Part shown: piece after piece, positions 22,050 to 40,220 of the stretch
How the letters are laid out: every line of letters starts with the position of its first letter
How positions within the stretch are numbered: position 1 is the first letter of the stretch
From: Patellaria atrata CBS 101060
Lineage: Eukaryota
Direction: 5' to 3'
Assembly (NCBI GenBank): GCA_010093705.1
Contig: MU006090.1
Span: 496,001-560,000 of the forward strand
Length of the DNA stretch: 64,000 nucleotides
The notes under the pieces: generated by a model
What the model was told of the DNA's origin: nothing
Databases searched by the model: none
Seen by the model: only the letters and a program-made list of their open reading frames with translations
Program-made: the position numbers and the translations under genes

Positions 22050-24942
22050 TCAAAGCGAGCGCATAGATTCCGGTACTGGACTTGAGGAAGGTATATGTCC
22101 TATATTGACAAGATCCTTTGTCATGCTGCTTCTGAAACGCTTCTTCGAGCGGGGAGTCTTGCCGGAAGTCTTATCGAGAGTGTTCTGCTTCTCCTCCCGG
22201 TTCCGCTTTCTGACCGGTGTCACCGGCTTGGGATCGGGCGCGGCTTTCGAATATTCATACCGACGCAGTGAATACCGACTGGGTGTGGATGAAGTGAAGG
22301 TGACCTCTTTCGACGCTTGATTAATCTCTGGCTGGGATTGGGTACGGCCAGATGCTCTTTTGTCTACCGGAGGAGATGTTATATCCATGTCCACATCTTG
22401 AGTAATCTGCTGTGAAGCAGTTATACCAGTATCTTTTCGACTTGTCTCCGTGTGTTCTAAGACCGGATTCTCGACAATATCAAACTACACAACAAGATTA
22501 TGCATCAGAATAAGTAGGGTTTCTTGCTAAAGGTAGACTCACATGGTGTGCAACCTTGGCCATCGGATCGAAGTATTCTTCAAGCATACGGGAGAAACGA
22601 TCTGTTTCTGGAAGAACGGCATGGAATTTGGGAAGGCCGCGTTTGTTGAAGTTCTTGTGTTTAGAGCCTGAAGTGGCAACGAGATACCCTTTCCGACGCA
22701 AATGTGACGCAACATCCGCAGCTACTTGAGCATTGCATTCTGCAATCGTTAGGATGCTTGGACAGATTACACTAGACCATAGAAACTTACTAAGCTCTTT
22801 CGCGAAATCACGGTCGTTATTGTAGCCGTGTGCTTCAAGAATGCGCATGCCCCTTCGTAGTAACGCAGTGCTCTTCATCTCATGGAGAAGTGGCAGCTCT
22901 TTTCCAAGGATGCATTTGTAACAAGCATAAAGTTTTGGAATTCGAGGGTCTTTTGCCCCTCGGTAACCGTAGCAATGCAAGTGTTGCCATGTGTCACAAA
23001 ATTCACAGTTGATCTATTGCATAAATTAGTAGTGAAAGGAGTGAAAGCATGAGAAATATCAAACCATATCGTCATCCTCTTCTGCAGATCCACATTCACA
23101 ATCTATCTTATCTTCGCAATTGATAGGTACAGCTCGCATCCTGCTAGATGGGACTGGGCTAAACCGACGAGGTCGCTTTAATTTGAGGCTGTTGAGTTCA
23201 TCAAGGACTCTTTGAGATAGACGAAGGGCGCTCCCTGCAAATTCTCTTTCTGGTTCACTCTGCAAATTCCTAGTTTGAGTCTCAAGTGGTTGAGTTGGCT
23301 CTAAACTTTGCGGTTCAGGTGAGGATAACAGCTATGGTGCATTAGCAGGTTAATGAAGCCTTTGCTAGATTTTTGTATACACACCATGCGTCGTAGACCC
23401 TCCCGCATAGCAAGATCCTCGGTCAATTGGGTAGAGTCCTGGGCTTCATCGGAAAGATCTTTCAAGCTATCTACTTGCGCTGACGGAGGTTGAATGACAG
23501 CACTTTCTTTCGGTGCCTCATTTGGACTCTTGCTGATTAGAGCACTCTCGTCGACCATGTTGGCATCGAAGTCATCCTGGGTTACTTGCTCGGAATGTTC
23601 CTGCCTTGTCTTTCCGCAAGTTTCTGCGTCCTCGCTTGCGGTATTTGGTGTCGGCGCCTCATCCAATGTGAGCTGGTCCAGCATCTCGATGTCAATTGCG
23701 TCTTGCCTGTCTGCTTTGTCCTTGTATGGTAGATCGTTTGGAATGGCATCACAGGTAACCTCCTCTCTGGTACGTTTTGCAGGCTGGGAATTCAGCAGAT
23801 GGGAAACCTTTAGACTTACACTAAGGGCCCAATTCCATTAGTGAACCGGATTCTTAGATAATATTATGACTCTAATGAACAATGAGGAACGTACACGTGG
23901 AAGCCTGCGTCCATAGATCCACATGATTGAACTTGTTTATGCCATTCGTTGGACTGAGGGAAGAGTATTGAATTGTTCATTGAGGGCTGAAATCCATGAG
24001 GCTCATACGTTGGATCACAGTCTTCAGTGTAGAACAGATGCATCTTCAGGAAACGTGAGTCTACGCGCAGAACAGTTAGTTCAGATTGAGGACAACTGAT
24101 GACGGTACTCACCAGGAAGATCAGGTAGCGTGTTACAAAGCGTAATAATACGACGAACAAACATCTGAAGGCTATGTTGAGCAGTCCTAACAGTCACGAT
24201 TTCTCCGCTCGATGATTGCATATCTAATCCGATGAGTTCGTTGTTATTTTGAGCATCTTTTCTATAACTGAAAGTGAACGTATAGGATTCCATGACCTGG
24301 GATGGGTTGCTGGCGTCTTCGAAGATACTCAACTGTAACGCACGCAGTGCATTCTTCTTTAAAGCTTCGAATGCACCGATCTCCTAAGCGTGAATTAGTT
24401 GGACATCCTAAGTATAAAGGCTAGGGAGTGAAGGAGATGCACCAGCCAATTAAGAAACATGTCCACACTTTCTAATCGTCCCCTGCGAAGTACTCTGAAC
24501 GAGGTCCCTTTACGTCCAGGTTTCTTCTTCGTAAGAACTCTCCCAGCCGCAAAGTCTCTGTACGAGACGTGAATATCTGAAGTCTCATAACCCTGTTCAT
24601 CAAAGCAAAACTCAGGAAAGAGGTTCCTGTTGAATCAGCGAGTGTCTCTCTAGCAAAAATTCCTAGGTGCCCACCTAAGGTACGAAAGGCAACTGATCTA
24701 TGACTAGTGTTAATCTCCGACTGAGAAAAAGGTATGGGAGAACCTACCGAACCGTTGAGAAGGGTCTGAACGACTTCCGTACTCTGATGCTGTTTGATCG
24801 CGATATTGGAAGAGCGCTGTTCAACTGCTATAGCGCCTTCCTTCTGAACTGTGGCAGTGCCAGTAGACTGCTTTGGACGGACGGACTGTATTGTCCCATG
24901 TGTTGTTTTCGTATCCATCTTGGGCGCTTGTTTGCGGGTCAT
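22050..24942 (-). CDS. HOP1: Meiotic HORMA-domain axis protein with PHD finger, ~798 aa; exons 24942-24748, 24697-24675, 24626-24443, 24383-24113, 24060-23895, 23820-23385, 23331-23065, 23013-22791, 22739-22543, 22484-22050
   Basis: HORMA motifs ISCLSYLRNLFPE, WLEIGAFEALKK, ESYTFTFSY, RFLKMHLFY..YEPHGF, FHVVSLKV; PHD CECG..INCEFCDTWQHLHCYG..ACYKC; nine GT-AG introns give one open frame. Confidence 0.9.
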
Positions 24943-27223
24943 ACGTCTTCCTAAACAAAGATAAGAGCAACTTTGGCAAAGTATAATCTCATATGGTGTA
25001 TACCAAGTAAGGTGCGAGAGGGAGATATTTGAAAAAAGTGTTGTATTCTGTGTGCGAGGGCGGACAGGCTGGGGATAGCTTTAAGTTGAGCTCGGCGGTA
25101 TGAAGTTTTCTCGAGGAAGTTACGCCTGGGTCCTTTCCCAATTGAGATATCCACAACGTAGTCCAAAATGCCTATTTTTTCTTTAGCTCAAAGGTGAGAA
25201 TGCACCCGAACTGTCCATCCTGTCTTGACGTGCACCAGCATTAAAGATATTTCTGACAATCTAAGAAAAGAGAAGAAGAGAATTCTAAACACAAGGTAGA
25301 TCCTGCGACTCGTATGATACGCATTCCCCTATCAGAAAATTCCTCACTTACTCTACTCTCCTTCATAAAAGCGTCTCTAAACTCCACCCTACAGAAAAGA
25401 GAAGAACGCCGGAAGCGATTAAATAGTAAGACCAAGCAATATTATAGACATGATTCACTATACCCTTACTCTCAAACGCCCTTTCTTGACTATACTCTTG
25501 AGTATAGGGTGGGCTTTTAACGTACTCGAAGAAAGCCAGATACCTGACAGGAGATTTAAGGTAAATATCAAGCTACCTGGGAACACTTGAGAAGTCGGGT
25601 TATTGGATCAGCAAAGCTTTTGCAGTCCGGAATACCTAAAGCCTTGCGTTAACTTAGTTGGATGAAATAATGAGCCGAATACGGTCCCTTGCAGGCTAGG
25701 TAAGGTAGATAAAAGAAGAGTATGTACTTCTACAATTGCGGTTGTGCTTGTATGACTTCCACCATCGCCTTAAGTCTCTACATCTTTCTCTTATCTCGAT
25801 GTTTCTATTCTCCCTAAGCTGTATCAACTCTTAGATTCTGTTCTATGAGCTTGGAGTAGTGCACGGGGTATATTCTCCAACGGTCCATCTTAGAAGGCGG
25901 ACAACACGGTAGTGCTGACCATATTGGGAGTTGGTATCCATATCGGCTCTGGACTAAAGACCCGTCGTTCCCACGTGGTTGTTCTAGTTTATATCGGATT
26001 GCCGGTGTTAGCGGGGTTCGATTCGTCGGACCCGTTATCACTTTGTTATATCAAAGTTCTTTTATCAAGCCCTTGCTTTGCTAGTAAATTGATCTCTCTC
26101 GCACGAACATGCTCTGTCGGGTTGGTGTTCGGTCGGACATGTAGTAAACTTAGGCAAGACGAAGGCCACGCTTGCTTGCATATCATATACAGATCCAGTG
26201 TACGACATCCGAGGTCTTAAAACGATCACCTAGCTAAGTAGTCTCTTCGCAATTGATCAACTTCAGATGCATACCTTGAATTGTAGAAGTACTCGTACTA
26301 TACTTGTACGTCTGATGCAAGGTCACCCAATTACTCTATTTGGGGGCTCTTCAGCTGTTATGCATGTCCAGCGGGGCTGTTAGTTTGTGGTGGTTGTTGT
26401 GCTACTGTGAGACGAGAACACTGAATTTTCCCGGCTCATCTTGCCAGGAGAGGAAAGCCTGACCGGTTCGATATGGGATCTTTTTATCGTATTTCTGATG
26501 GACTCGGGGGTGGAAATTTGAGAAAGATAATGCTTGGATCGTCAGAGTTAAGTAGCAATAAATGGGAATTGAACAGTTTATATCACAAAGCAAGTAATGT
26601 GCTCGTTGAAAATTAGAATTTAATAAGGTTCACCTGAAGTTAGTGGTAAGAAAGTAATATACGAGTGGCCAAAAATTGCAGCATTCCGCAGGGCTTTAGG
26701 TGATGAGAAGCGAAGTGGAAGCCTTCAAGGTTGTCTCGTCGGAATGTCTCAGCACACTCTGCAGTCCGTGAGCCCCTCTCTTTTCAACCTCCTCCTGTCT
26801 TCTGCACACTTCCGCCGTGCAATCCACCTGTCACGACACATCACTGTCTTTTTGACCCTCTCCACTTACTCTTTAATCACTTCTCCTCCTCAAAATACCT
26901 GCACCGTTGCAGCTCTCTACTCTCGCGTTCGGTCCTCTGTGTGTCTTTTCATAGCCGTTCGTCTTCCCGGATCTAACTAGCCACCCAGTCTCCTTCCTAC
27001 CTTACCGGCCACTACCTACGAAGCTTCTACAGTCCTCCAAGTCCCACATCATCTTTTAGTATTTTAAATATCTGTTATCCGGATCCGTAACCGAATTCTA
27101 GCAAATGCCTTCAACTCAGTGTTTTCGGTGAACCATACTTGCTCCTGAGGCGCTCTCCCAACGCGCCTTCCCGTGTCCTTCTCGCGTCCACCCACTCCAC
27201 TATCCCGAGACACGAACCTTTCC

Positions 27224-30200
27224 ATGGACGCCACTCCGACTGAGAGTGAAATGAGCGTTCACTCCGAAAGCTTTAGCTATCCATCGTACTGCTCTACCAG
27301 TCAAACTCTGTCAGCCGACCCATCCGCTGCACCATCACCCGTGCCGCCGTTTACAGACGTCAGCAATAGCCATCCTCACGGTGCCATACCGGACAGAATG
27401 CCTACTTCTACACATATGCCAGTTATGCCTTCATATACTACTTTGGCTCAGTTATCATACGCACCTGCTACAAAGACAACGGTAGTTACAACGACAACAA
27501 CTACGACCACATCCTTTCCCCCTTTAATCATACAGGCTCCGCGAAATATCAGTGAACGAGACCCAAAGCTATATCCATTAGCATCTGCGCCGACACCAAG
27601 CGTATTACAGAATATATGTTTTGATCTCAACGGAAGACCCGTCCTCCTGCAGGAGTCAGATGGACCACAGCAGAGTCTGGAGCAGGTGTGTACTTACCTC
27701 ATTACATTCAAATTTCATAATGGATGATTTGGGTATGGTTCATGATTCAAAGGCTTACAAGTGCTATAGTATCAACAGTCTATGTCAGCTTTGCAGAAGT
27801 CTAATGGCATCTTACGCACTGTTCAGAACAAGGAAACTCAATTCGAGACACCGGACAGGACAGCAAGAACAGGAAAACCAGTTACCACATCTGCTTCTCA
27901 CATGTCATATCAAAAATTGCCTGCAAAACGCTCCATCTCCCCAGTTTCCATCACAGAAGCTGCTGAAATAGCAAGCCTTCAACGTCGACGTAAGAAGGCA
28001 CCGAGGCTTAGACCATCGCAAGGACGAAACCGCGAGGTCTTAGACGACTCGATTCCAGCAACTCCAGAAACGGATACGGGAGAACTGGCCCACTTCAAAG
28101 TTCCCAAGGCTAAGATTGGAGCAAAGCAAGCAAATAACAAGAGTTCTATGCGTCAGAGTAATCTCAGCAGACAGACATCGTTTGAAGATGCTCGACACGG
28201 TTCTCCCCAGCCAAGTAGGATTCTCACTCGATCTGGCTCCATTCCAGGGCCAAGTTGTCTGGAAGAAAATCGTTCACCTACATTCAATTCCCACATTTCA
28301 ACAACTGGCATCGCTGCCACTCCTCCCATTGCAGAGTCTGACTTGGAGCCCATCGAGCCACTAGAGTCTGACACGCTCAGCCGCGTCAGAACTGTTAGAC
28401 CAATGACGCTCGATACCGTATCTGCGCAAGATGCCAGCCTACCTAGCCCAAGCCTGTCTCCCATAACGGCGGCAGCGAACATTGCTCACCAAACAGGTTT
28501 CTCAGGAATGTTTCCTACTGGTATTGAGGATGAGGAGTTAACTGAAGTATCGAACCTGGATATATCTCAAGGAGGAAGAGCGAGAGGACGTCCAAGCGGG
28601 TCTCAAACCCTTTTTGATTCTCAGACTATGGATAACAGCACTCATACTCGCTTAATAAGCACCCCTAACCCCCAATTACTGACTCCCACGATGATGGATA
28701 TTCCAACCATGGTCGACTCGTTCGATGCAATGCCTGATGAGATGAAAACTTACATAATGTTTAAGTTCCTCCAGAGATGCGCGAAACCGACCCTTCGATT
28801 CGTTTCGGACGTTGTGAATCCGGCCCTCAAATGTGACTTCTTACAAGAGCTACCATACGAATTAAGTCTAAACGTTCTTAAGTATCTTGATGCGAAAAGC
28901 CTATGTAATGCTGCCCAAGTGTCAAGAAAATGGAGGACCATAGTAGATCAGAACGAAAGGCAATGGAAGGACTTATTGGGACGAGACGGGTACTTCCTTC
29001 CAGAGGGAGAGATGGAGCGAGCTATCAAGGAGGGCTGGGGATGGCAATTCCCTACCGAACCCAATAGCCATGAAATTGACTTGAGCGGTCAGCATGGGTG
29101 CCGTTCTGATAGCGAAGCGGTTTCTCCACCGTCTTCTTCGAGTTCAGCAGCATACAATGATACAATAGCGCGGGTTCCTAACTCCAGACCGAAGCGGAAA
29201 GCTGCGGCGAAGTATAACAGCAACAACAAGAGGCAGAAGAGAAAGGGTGCACAATCGGGTTCAAAGCAAGCAGCACAATCTCCAGCTTGGGCAGAGGCAT
29301 TAGAGACTGCACAGGGACCCATGGCCTTCGCTAATGCTGCTAGCCTCGCCGTCCCAAATCCCGATTTTGGATTGCCAAGCATACGCCACCTCCACCTTTT
29401 CAAATCTCTCTATCAACGTCACCATTTGATCAGGAAGGCTTGGATGGACGAAAGGACTACTCCGCAGCATATAGCTTTCCGCGCTCACCAACGCCATGTC
29501 GTGACATGTCTACAGTTTGATACGGAAAAGATCCTAACCGGAAGCGATGACACAAACATCCATGTTTACGACACCAAGACGGGTGCACTCCGCAGTAAGT
29601 TGACCGGACATGAAGGAGGTGTATGGGCATTGCAGTATGAAGGTAATATTCTTGTGTCCGGCTCCACAGACAGGTCCGTAAGAGTCTGGGATATTGAAAA
29701 GGGAAAATGTTTGCAAGTCTTCCAGGGGCACACCTCGACTGTTCGCTGCCTAGTGATCTTGAAACCTGTTCATGTTGGCTACGACGAAAATGGCGAGTCG
29801 ATCCTTATGCCGAAGGAACCATTGATAATCACAGGTTCCCGTGACTCCAGTCTCAGAGTTTGGAAGCTACCGAAGGTCACTGATCGCTCCATATATCAGA
29901 CTGGTCCTCCCGCAAACGACCATGATAACCCTTACTTTGTCCGTGCACTGACCGGTCATCACCATTCAGTAAGAGCAATAGCTGCTTATGGAGACACTTT
30001 GGTTAGTGGAAGCTACGACTGCACTGTTCGAGTATGGCGAATTTCGACTGGAGAAGTTGTCCACCGACTTAGTGGACACTCGCAGAAGGTATATAGTGTT
30101 GTTCTTGATCATCGCCGGAATCGCTGCATTAGTGGATCCATGGACAACCTCGTCAAAGTCTGGAACCTCGATACTGGTGCATGTCTCTTCAATCTTGAAG

Positions 30201-30699
30201 GGCACACATCTCTTGTTGGACTACTGGACCTTAGCCATGAACGTCTTGTCTCTGCTGCCGCTGATTCTACCCTTCGAATTTGGGACCCTGAAAATGGACA
30301 ATGCAAGGCAACGCTCGGAGCACATACTGGTGCTATAACTTGCTTTCAGCATGATGGTCAGAAAGTCATTTCTGGCTCTGATAGGACTTTAAAGATGTGG
30401 AATGTCAAGACAGGCGAGTGTATCAAGGATCTTTTGACAGATCTTAGTGGCGTTTGGCAAGTTAAGTTCAACGAAAGGCGCTGTGTTGCAGCGGTCCAGC
30501 GGAAGAGTCTTACTTACATTGAGGTGAGCAAATCCATATCTAGGCTTAATCCCAAACTAACGATATTTGTTAGGTTCTTGATTTCGGAGCTGCACGCGAC
30601 GGCATACCAGCATCGCGCCGTGGACGACGAATAGTCGTTGACTCCAAGGGCCGCGAAACTGAAGACGAGGACGACGTTATTGACGTCGAGAACATATGA
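27224..30699 (+). CDS. CDC4: F-box/WD40 SCF substrate receptor, ~1113 aa; exons 27224-27685, 27770-30523, 30574-30699
   Basis: F-box DFLQELPYELSLNVLKYL, WD40 repeats (HVVTCLQFD..GSDD, GHEGGVWAL..GSTDRSVRVW, GHTSTVRC), terminal IEVLDF; introns keep frame. Exact start ATG is inferred. Confidence 0.92.
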
Positions 30700-31617
30700 T
30701 TCTCTCGCCGAGTTCTACCCAGAAATTTTTTTTTTCGATGCGACCTTGGCACCCATTTCGTGCGATACCCCTTTTTATTCCAATAGACCTTACGCGCTCA
30801 ATGATATACCCCGGTGCATGGTGATTTAGCAAGGCAAGGATAACCACAACTTATGATATAAAGATTTGGTTTTTTCTCTCATTAACAGCAGTACATAAAA
30901 TACTTGGGCAGCATAGCGATCCCGGTTAGGTTTCATTCATTTTTTTCGTTAATGCATTATCTCACATCGAGATCGGCGCTGGAGTCTTTTAGCGGTGTAT
31001 TCTACAGGTGCGGTGTTTGTGAATCAGATATTGTACCCAAGTTTTAATGGGTGTCGTGTTACGGTAGCGAGCAGATTGAATGATTAATTCTATTCCAATG
31101 TATAGTTTCCTGATCTTGTGAATCTGTGATTTTGAACTCTCCGATAACTATGAGGTGATTTCCGATATTGCCCCTTGTTATGACACCGCTATGTTGCTGT
31201 ACGCATGCTTAACATACGGCCTCTCACACAACTTCACGCATAGGACTTTACGAGGGACTATACACCTTACACGGCTCAGACAGCTATCGAGACCTGCGTT
31301 AGTGTGTCCACCAAGGAGAGCATAACAAGTGTACAGCAACAGAGGAGTGCCAATCATAGCAACGGGAGATATACCATCTACCTGACCATCAGATCATCTA
31401 CATACCCACCATCAATACCACGCATATACATCTATACCAAAAAAAAAAATGACGGAAAGCCGCCGAAGAGCTGGGTATCGGAGGACCGCGAACAAGGTAA
31501 AATAGCACGCGCTCCAGACGCCAGAGAAAATGCTTCCGTATACAGTACCATCCCGTGCATGCCCCTGAAAATGGAAATGAGACCTCCGTCTTGCTGTACA
31601 ACTCTGTGCCATACAGC

Positions 31618-36319
<4,702 letters not shown>

Positions 36320-37179
36320 TATCTAGTTCAAAGATTGTAGAAGTCAATCATGAATATCGTTAGAGCTAGATGGTTGTGGATTCGAGACGTGATTGGAGGG
36401 AAGAAAATTTGCAAGGCAACAAATTGTCACGGAAGGGGGGAAGTTAGTAGTTAAAAGGATAGGAAAAGAATGAGATGAAGTGATATCAGCCAATATCGAG
36501 TTTCACCTATCCCAACTTTAATTTCACCATGTTTTGTTTCCAATGGTCATGTGGACAGAAAGGTAGTCAATATCAAAAGGGTAGACTCACCTTTGCGATA
36601 TATGACTAAGCACTGTCTATTCACCGCCATGGCAGTTCAGATAAAACCAGCAGAAAATAGCACTGGAGCTTAGGCGGTGGCATAACTTCTGGTGGGGTCA
36701 AAGGACAACCAGGGTTAATTGCCAAGCTTGAGCCGCGATAAACGATAAGACAAATTCCGAAACTTTACCGACTGGCCCTCTTTAACTTCCAAGGGAGGTT
36801 GACAACAGCTCCAGGCACCGAACCCCACCTCACCCTCACCTCACCTTACACCTCCCCGTCATCTCACACCTCACCTCAACCTCCGTTCAACACAATTCTA
36901 TTTCTTGTTCTCTGAACAGATATTTCATCTTTGCTTAAGCTTCTCTCACTTATTCGCTATCATCCGTACTTCGCCATTATCACCCTGTGTGTGCAATTCA
37001 GATACCTTATTCTACGCGTGCCGCACCTTGGTGTGAGCTCCGGATACAGTATCTAGCAGTTCCACTCAGTACCACCGGAGCAAGCAGGCTGGCCGCGTTT
37101 TTGCCCACACCTCGCCAACCAAACTTTGTCACCTTCTCTCCTCAACTCAACTTTCTTTCGAATTTCTACTCTTCGAATC

Positions 37180-39836
37180 ATGTCCTCAAAAGGTAAGTCT
37201 CCGTTGTCTCCCAGGCGGAACTCACAATACTGATCAAAACCACAGACGTCAAAGTAACTCTTGAGATTCTCAATCCTCAATCAGACGCAGGAGAACCCTC
37301 ACTCCGCTCATTTACTCTCCAGCCTGGAGAAGTCATGCCTATCGGTCGTGCCTCTAAGTCTAGTCACAAGAACTTAAATCCCGCCGAGAACAACGTGTAC
37401 ATCAACAGCCCGGTTATCTCACGGGAACACGCAACTCTAAAGAGGGTTCAAGATAATGAGGTAAACTAACCTTGATTGAAATACGACTCTACTCTAGCTA
37501 ATGTGTATCTGCGAACAGAATTTGTATATCGAAGACTGCGGTTCTTTGCACGGAACCGAACTCAACGAGACTAAACTCGACAAGAACCGTGATTATCCTT
37601 TGAAATCAGGGGATATTATACGACTGGGCCAACCTGTAACTCATACAACTGGTAAGTCTTCCCGATTATCTTTTTACATGCCACCCACTATCCTCTGTCC
37701 GTTGCTCCAGTACTTGTCAATGTCGGAATTCCTCTAACAAGACCTCGCTGCGTAGAAACCTTTACCGCCCCTCGCTGTCGAGTCGAGGTTGAACATCTTA
37801 CGAAGACACCCATGTTGACTCCCGCTAACCCGCAACATTCACACGGCTATTCAGTCCCTGAAACTGATTCTGACGATGACAGCATGGCCGATGACGAGGC
37901 CCCTGTTCCAGTACCATTTACAGTGGCTGACGACGAAGTCCCTGTTGCAGCGCCATTAACCGTGGCTGATGATGAAGCCCCTGTTCCAACATCATTCACC
38001 CCTGCCGACAACGACGCTCCTCTTTTAGCAACCGTCACTCCACCCGAAGGACGTCGAAAGAATCCGACTTATGAAGAGATTACTAAGTTTCATGCAGCTG
38101 CTTTTCGCGCAACGAGCGCTCATCGGGAGGCATCGATCGGAGCTACAAAGGATAAAGGGAAGCGCTTTGTATGCGACGCTGAGGCTCATTCTAAACCTGA
38201 GGATGTCTCTTCGTCCGAGAGCGAGGACAATTCATCAGATGGTAGCAACGAGGATGAGGATTCCAGAGGCTCCTCGTATGATTCAAATGAAGAGGAAGAT
38301 GAGAGTTCTCCCGTTGCTTCTAGACACGACTCCGATTCATCATCCGAAGAAAACAGCTCCGTTGCGTCTGGTGAAGGTTCCGAAGATGGCACTCCTCCTC
38401 GTATTCGTCCACGTAACCATAGGGAACCTAACGACGGAACTCCTCGTAGTCGTCAACATAGCTACAAAGAATATGATGATGGAACTCCTCCACATGGTCG
38501 TCAATATTACTACGGAGAGTATGATGATGGAACTTCCCCATGTGCTCGTCAACGTAGTGACAGGAACTATGATGACGAATACGACGAGAATCAAGAATAT
38601 TATGAGAACCAAGAATATGACAATGAGTATGATGAGGGCCAAGAATATGACCCAGAGCAATTTCGGAACAGGGATTCTGCCGACATTTACCGCCCTTACC
38701 GTAGTTTTCGTCCCAGAAACTATCGTGAGAATCACCGCGAAGACTCACTTGAGTATGATGAGGATTCCAATTATAATCATAGAAATTGTCGCGAATATCG
38801 CGGGTCAGCATCTTGGTTAGATTATGGGAGATGCAATCGCAAGGATCCTCTTGACTCTCGCCGCGAAGATCCTAATAGCTATAATGATGAAGGCCAAACC
38901 GCAGGTTTCCGCGGACATGATGATGAGGGTTCTCAAGGATACCATGGGTATGATCGCGACGCCTATCATGGGGACCCGCGCGAAGGGTTCCGCACCCCAA
39001 TCCCCCCATATAGCACAAGCTCCGGGGCGGTGGTTCACGTTCATCACGCTTCCATGCCCATCCCGCAACATATGCCAATACCCAATCCCGTCCCGCCTGA
39101 AATGAACATTTTTCCACCATATGGTACGTACAACTTGCCACAAGTGTTCTATCCTCCTCCACCGCCGCCTCCACCCATGGTAAGTGGTATGGTTATCCCG
39201 CAATTCAGGCAGATTGATTCCGCTCCTACCCTCCCAGAAGCCCAGAGGCAGCGACCTGGATTCCAAACCGCGTCAAACTTACTACCTCCTTTATCTAACC
39301 ACAACGGTCCACTGGCCCTTCCGGGTGGAGATACGGGCCATACCGATAATCAGAACTCTAGCCAGCAGGAAGAATCACAGCTGGTTGCTGCAAATGATAA
39401 TGGCATTACTTCCTCTGAGACGGGATGTATCCTGACCCCCGAAACCCAATGTGTTGGCGTCGTTAAACCGAAGACTGGAATTTCTATCCCTGAAATTGTG
39501 GACCAGTGTGAACCTTCAAGCTCCTCAAACGGAAAGAAGAGGAAGGCTGAGGAAATCTCTTCCGATGAGCCTCAGGCAGAACAATTTGTTTCCGCTAATG
39601 AGCACATCGCAAACGAGGAAATGCCGATCATGACACTGGTGGATCGAGCATCCCCTACACCAAATACCCTACCTTGTATGGCACCCAAAAATTCGCAAGA
39701 CACTAAAAACGTGATCCCTCAAATGGGCCCACCTACAAGACGTCGTAGACTCGGGGAATATGCCGCTGCAGCTGCCACTGGAGCAATCCTTACATTTGGA
39801 ACTCTAATGGCTCTACCAGACGCGTTCTTCGCGTGA
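37180..39836 (+). CDS. FHA-domain protein with acidic/repeat middle and C-terminal hydrophobic anchor, ~813 aa; exons 37180-37192, 37246-37460, 37519-37651, 37756-39836
   Basis: FHA motifs IGRASK..SPVISREHA..LYIEDCGSLHGT..LKSGDIIRLG span exons 2-3; ends RRRRLGEYAAAAATGAILTFGTLMALPDAFFA. Confidence 0.85.
37887..38042 (+). repeat. 39-bp (13-aa) coding tandem repeat x4
   Basis: ADDEAPVPVPFTV / ADDEVPVAAPLTV / ADDEAPVPTSFTP / ADNDAPLLATVTP. Confidence 0.9.
38382..38570 (+). repeat. 45-48-bp (15-16-aa) coding repeat x4
   Basis: DGTPP / DGTPR / DGTPP / DGTSP cores at 38385, 38433, 38478, 38526. Confidence 0.85.
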
Positions 39837-40093
39837 GTTGATCGACAGTAATTCGTACCGAGTTCTCCTGACCAAGCAATCGGTATTTCAAATAACCATG
39901 GAAATATTGGTGCTTTTAGGTTTCACTGGAGTCCAGGATTTTCGAAGTCATTGTCACTACGTCATTAAGGTCTTGAGGCGCTATCTGGACATCCAGGGTC
40001 GCGTATGGTCAATGGCTCCTTTTCATATCTTCCTTTCCTTTTCTCTCTGTATCAATTACGATCGGTCACAGGTCACCCTTCACATCACTTCGT

Positions 40094-40220
40094 AATGTTC
40101 CCTTTTCACCCTTTTCACCCTTTCACCATTTGCACTAGTCTACGATGTTCCCCCATTGCATTAGTTCACGATGTCTCCCATTTGAACCAATCCATGATGT
40201 TCCCCATTTGCACAAGTTCC
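40094..40220. repeat. Degenerate 26-bp minisatellite (~3.5 copies) plus a short CCCTTTTCA repeat
   Basis: ACGATGTTCCCCCATTGCATTAGTTC-like units at 40142, 40168 and 40194, partial at 40126. Confidence 0.8.

Noticed and set aside
27105..27131. 8-codon upstream ORF or alternative first exon of CDC4
   Set aside because: Out of frame with no plausible intron; short uORFs arise by chance and the TSS is unknown.
38071..39266. Overlapping alternative-frame ORFs in the FHA gene
   Set aside because: By-products of GAT/GAA-rich repetitive coding sequence.
40094..40220. CRISPR-like repeats
   Set aside because: Contiguous degenerate units, no spacers, no cas genes, eukaryotic context.
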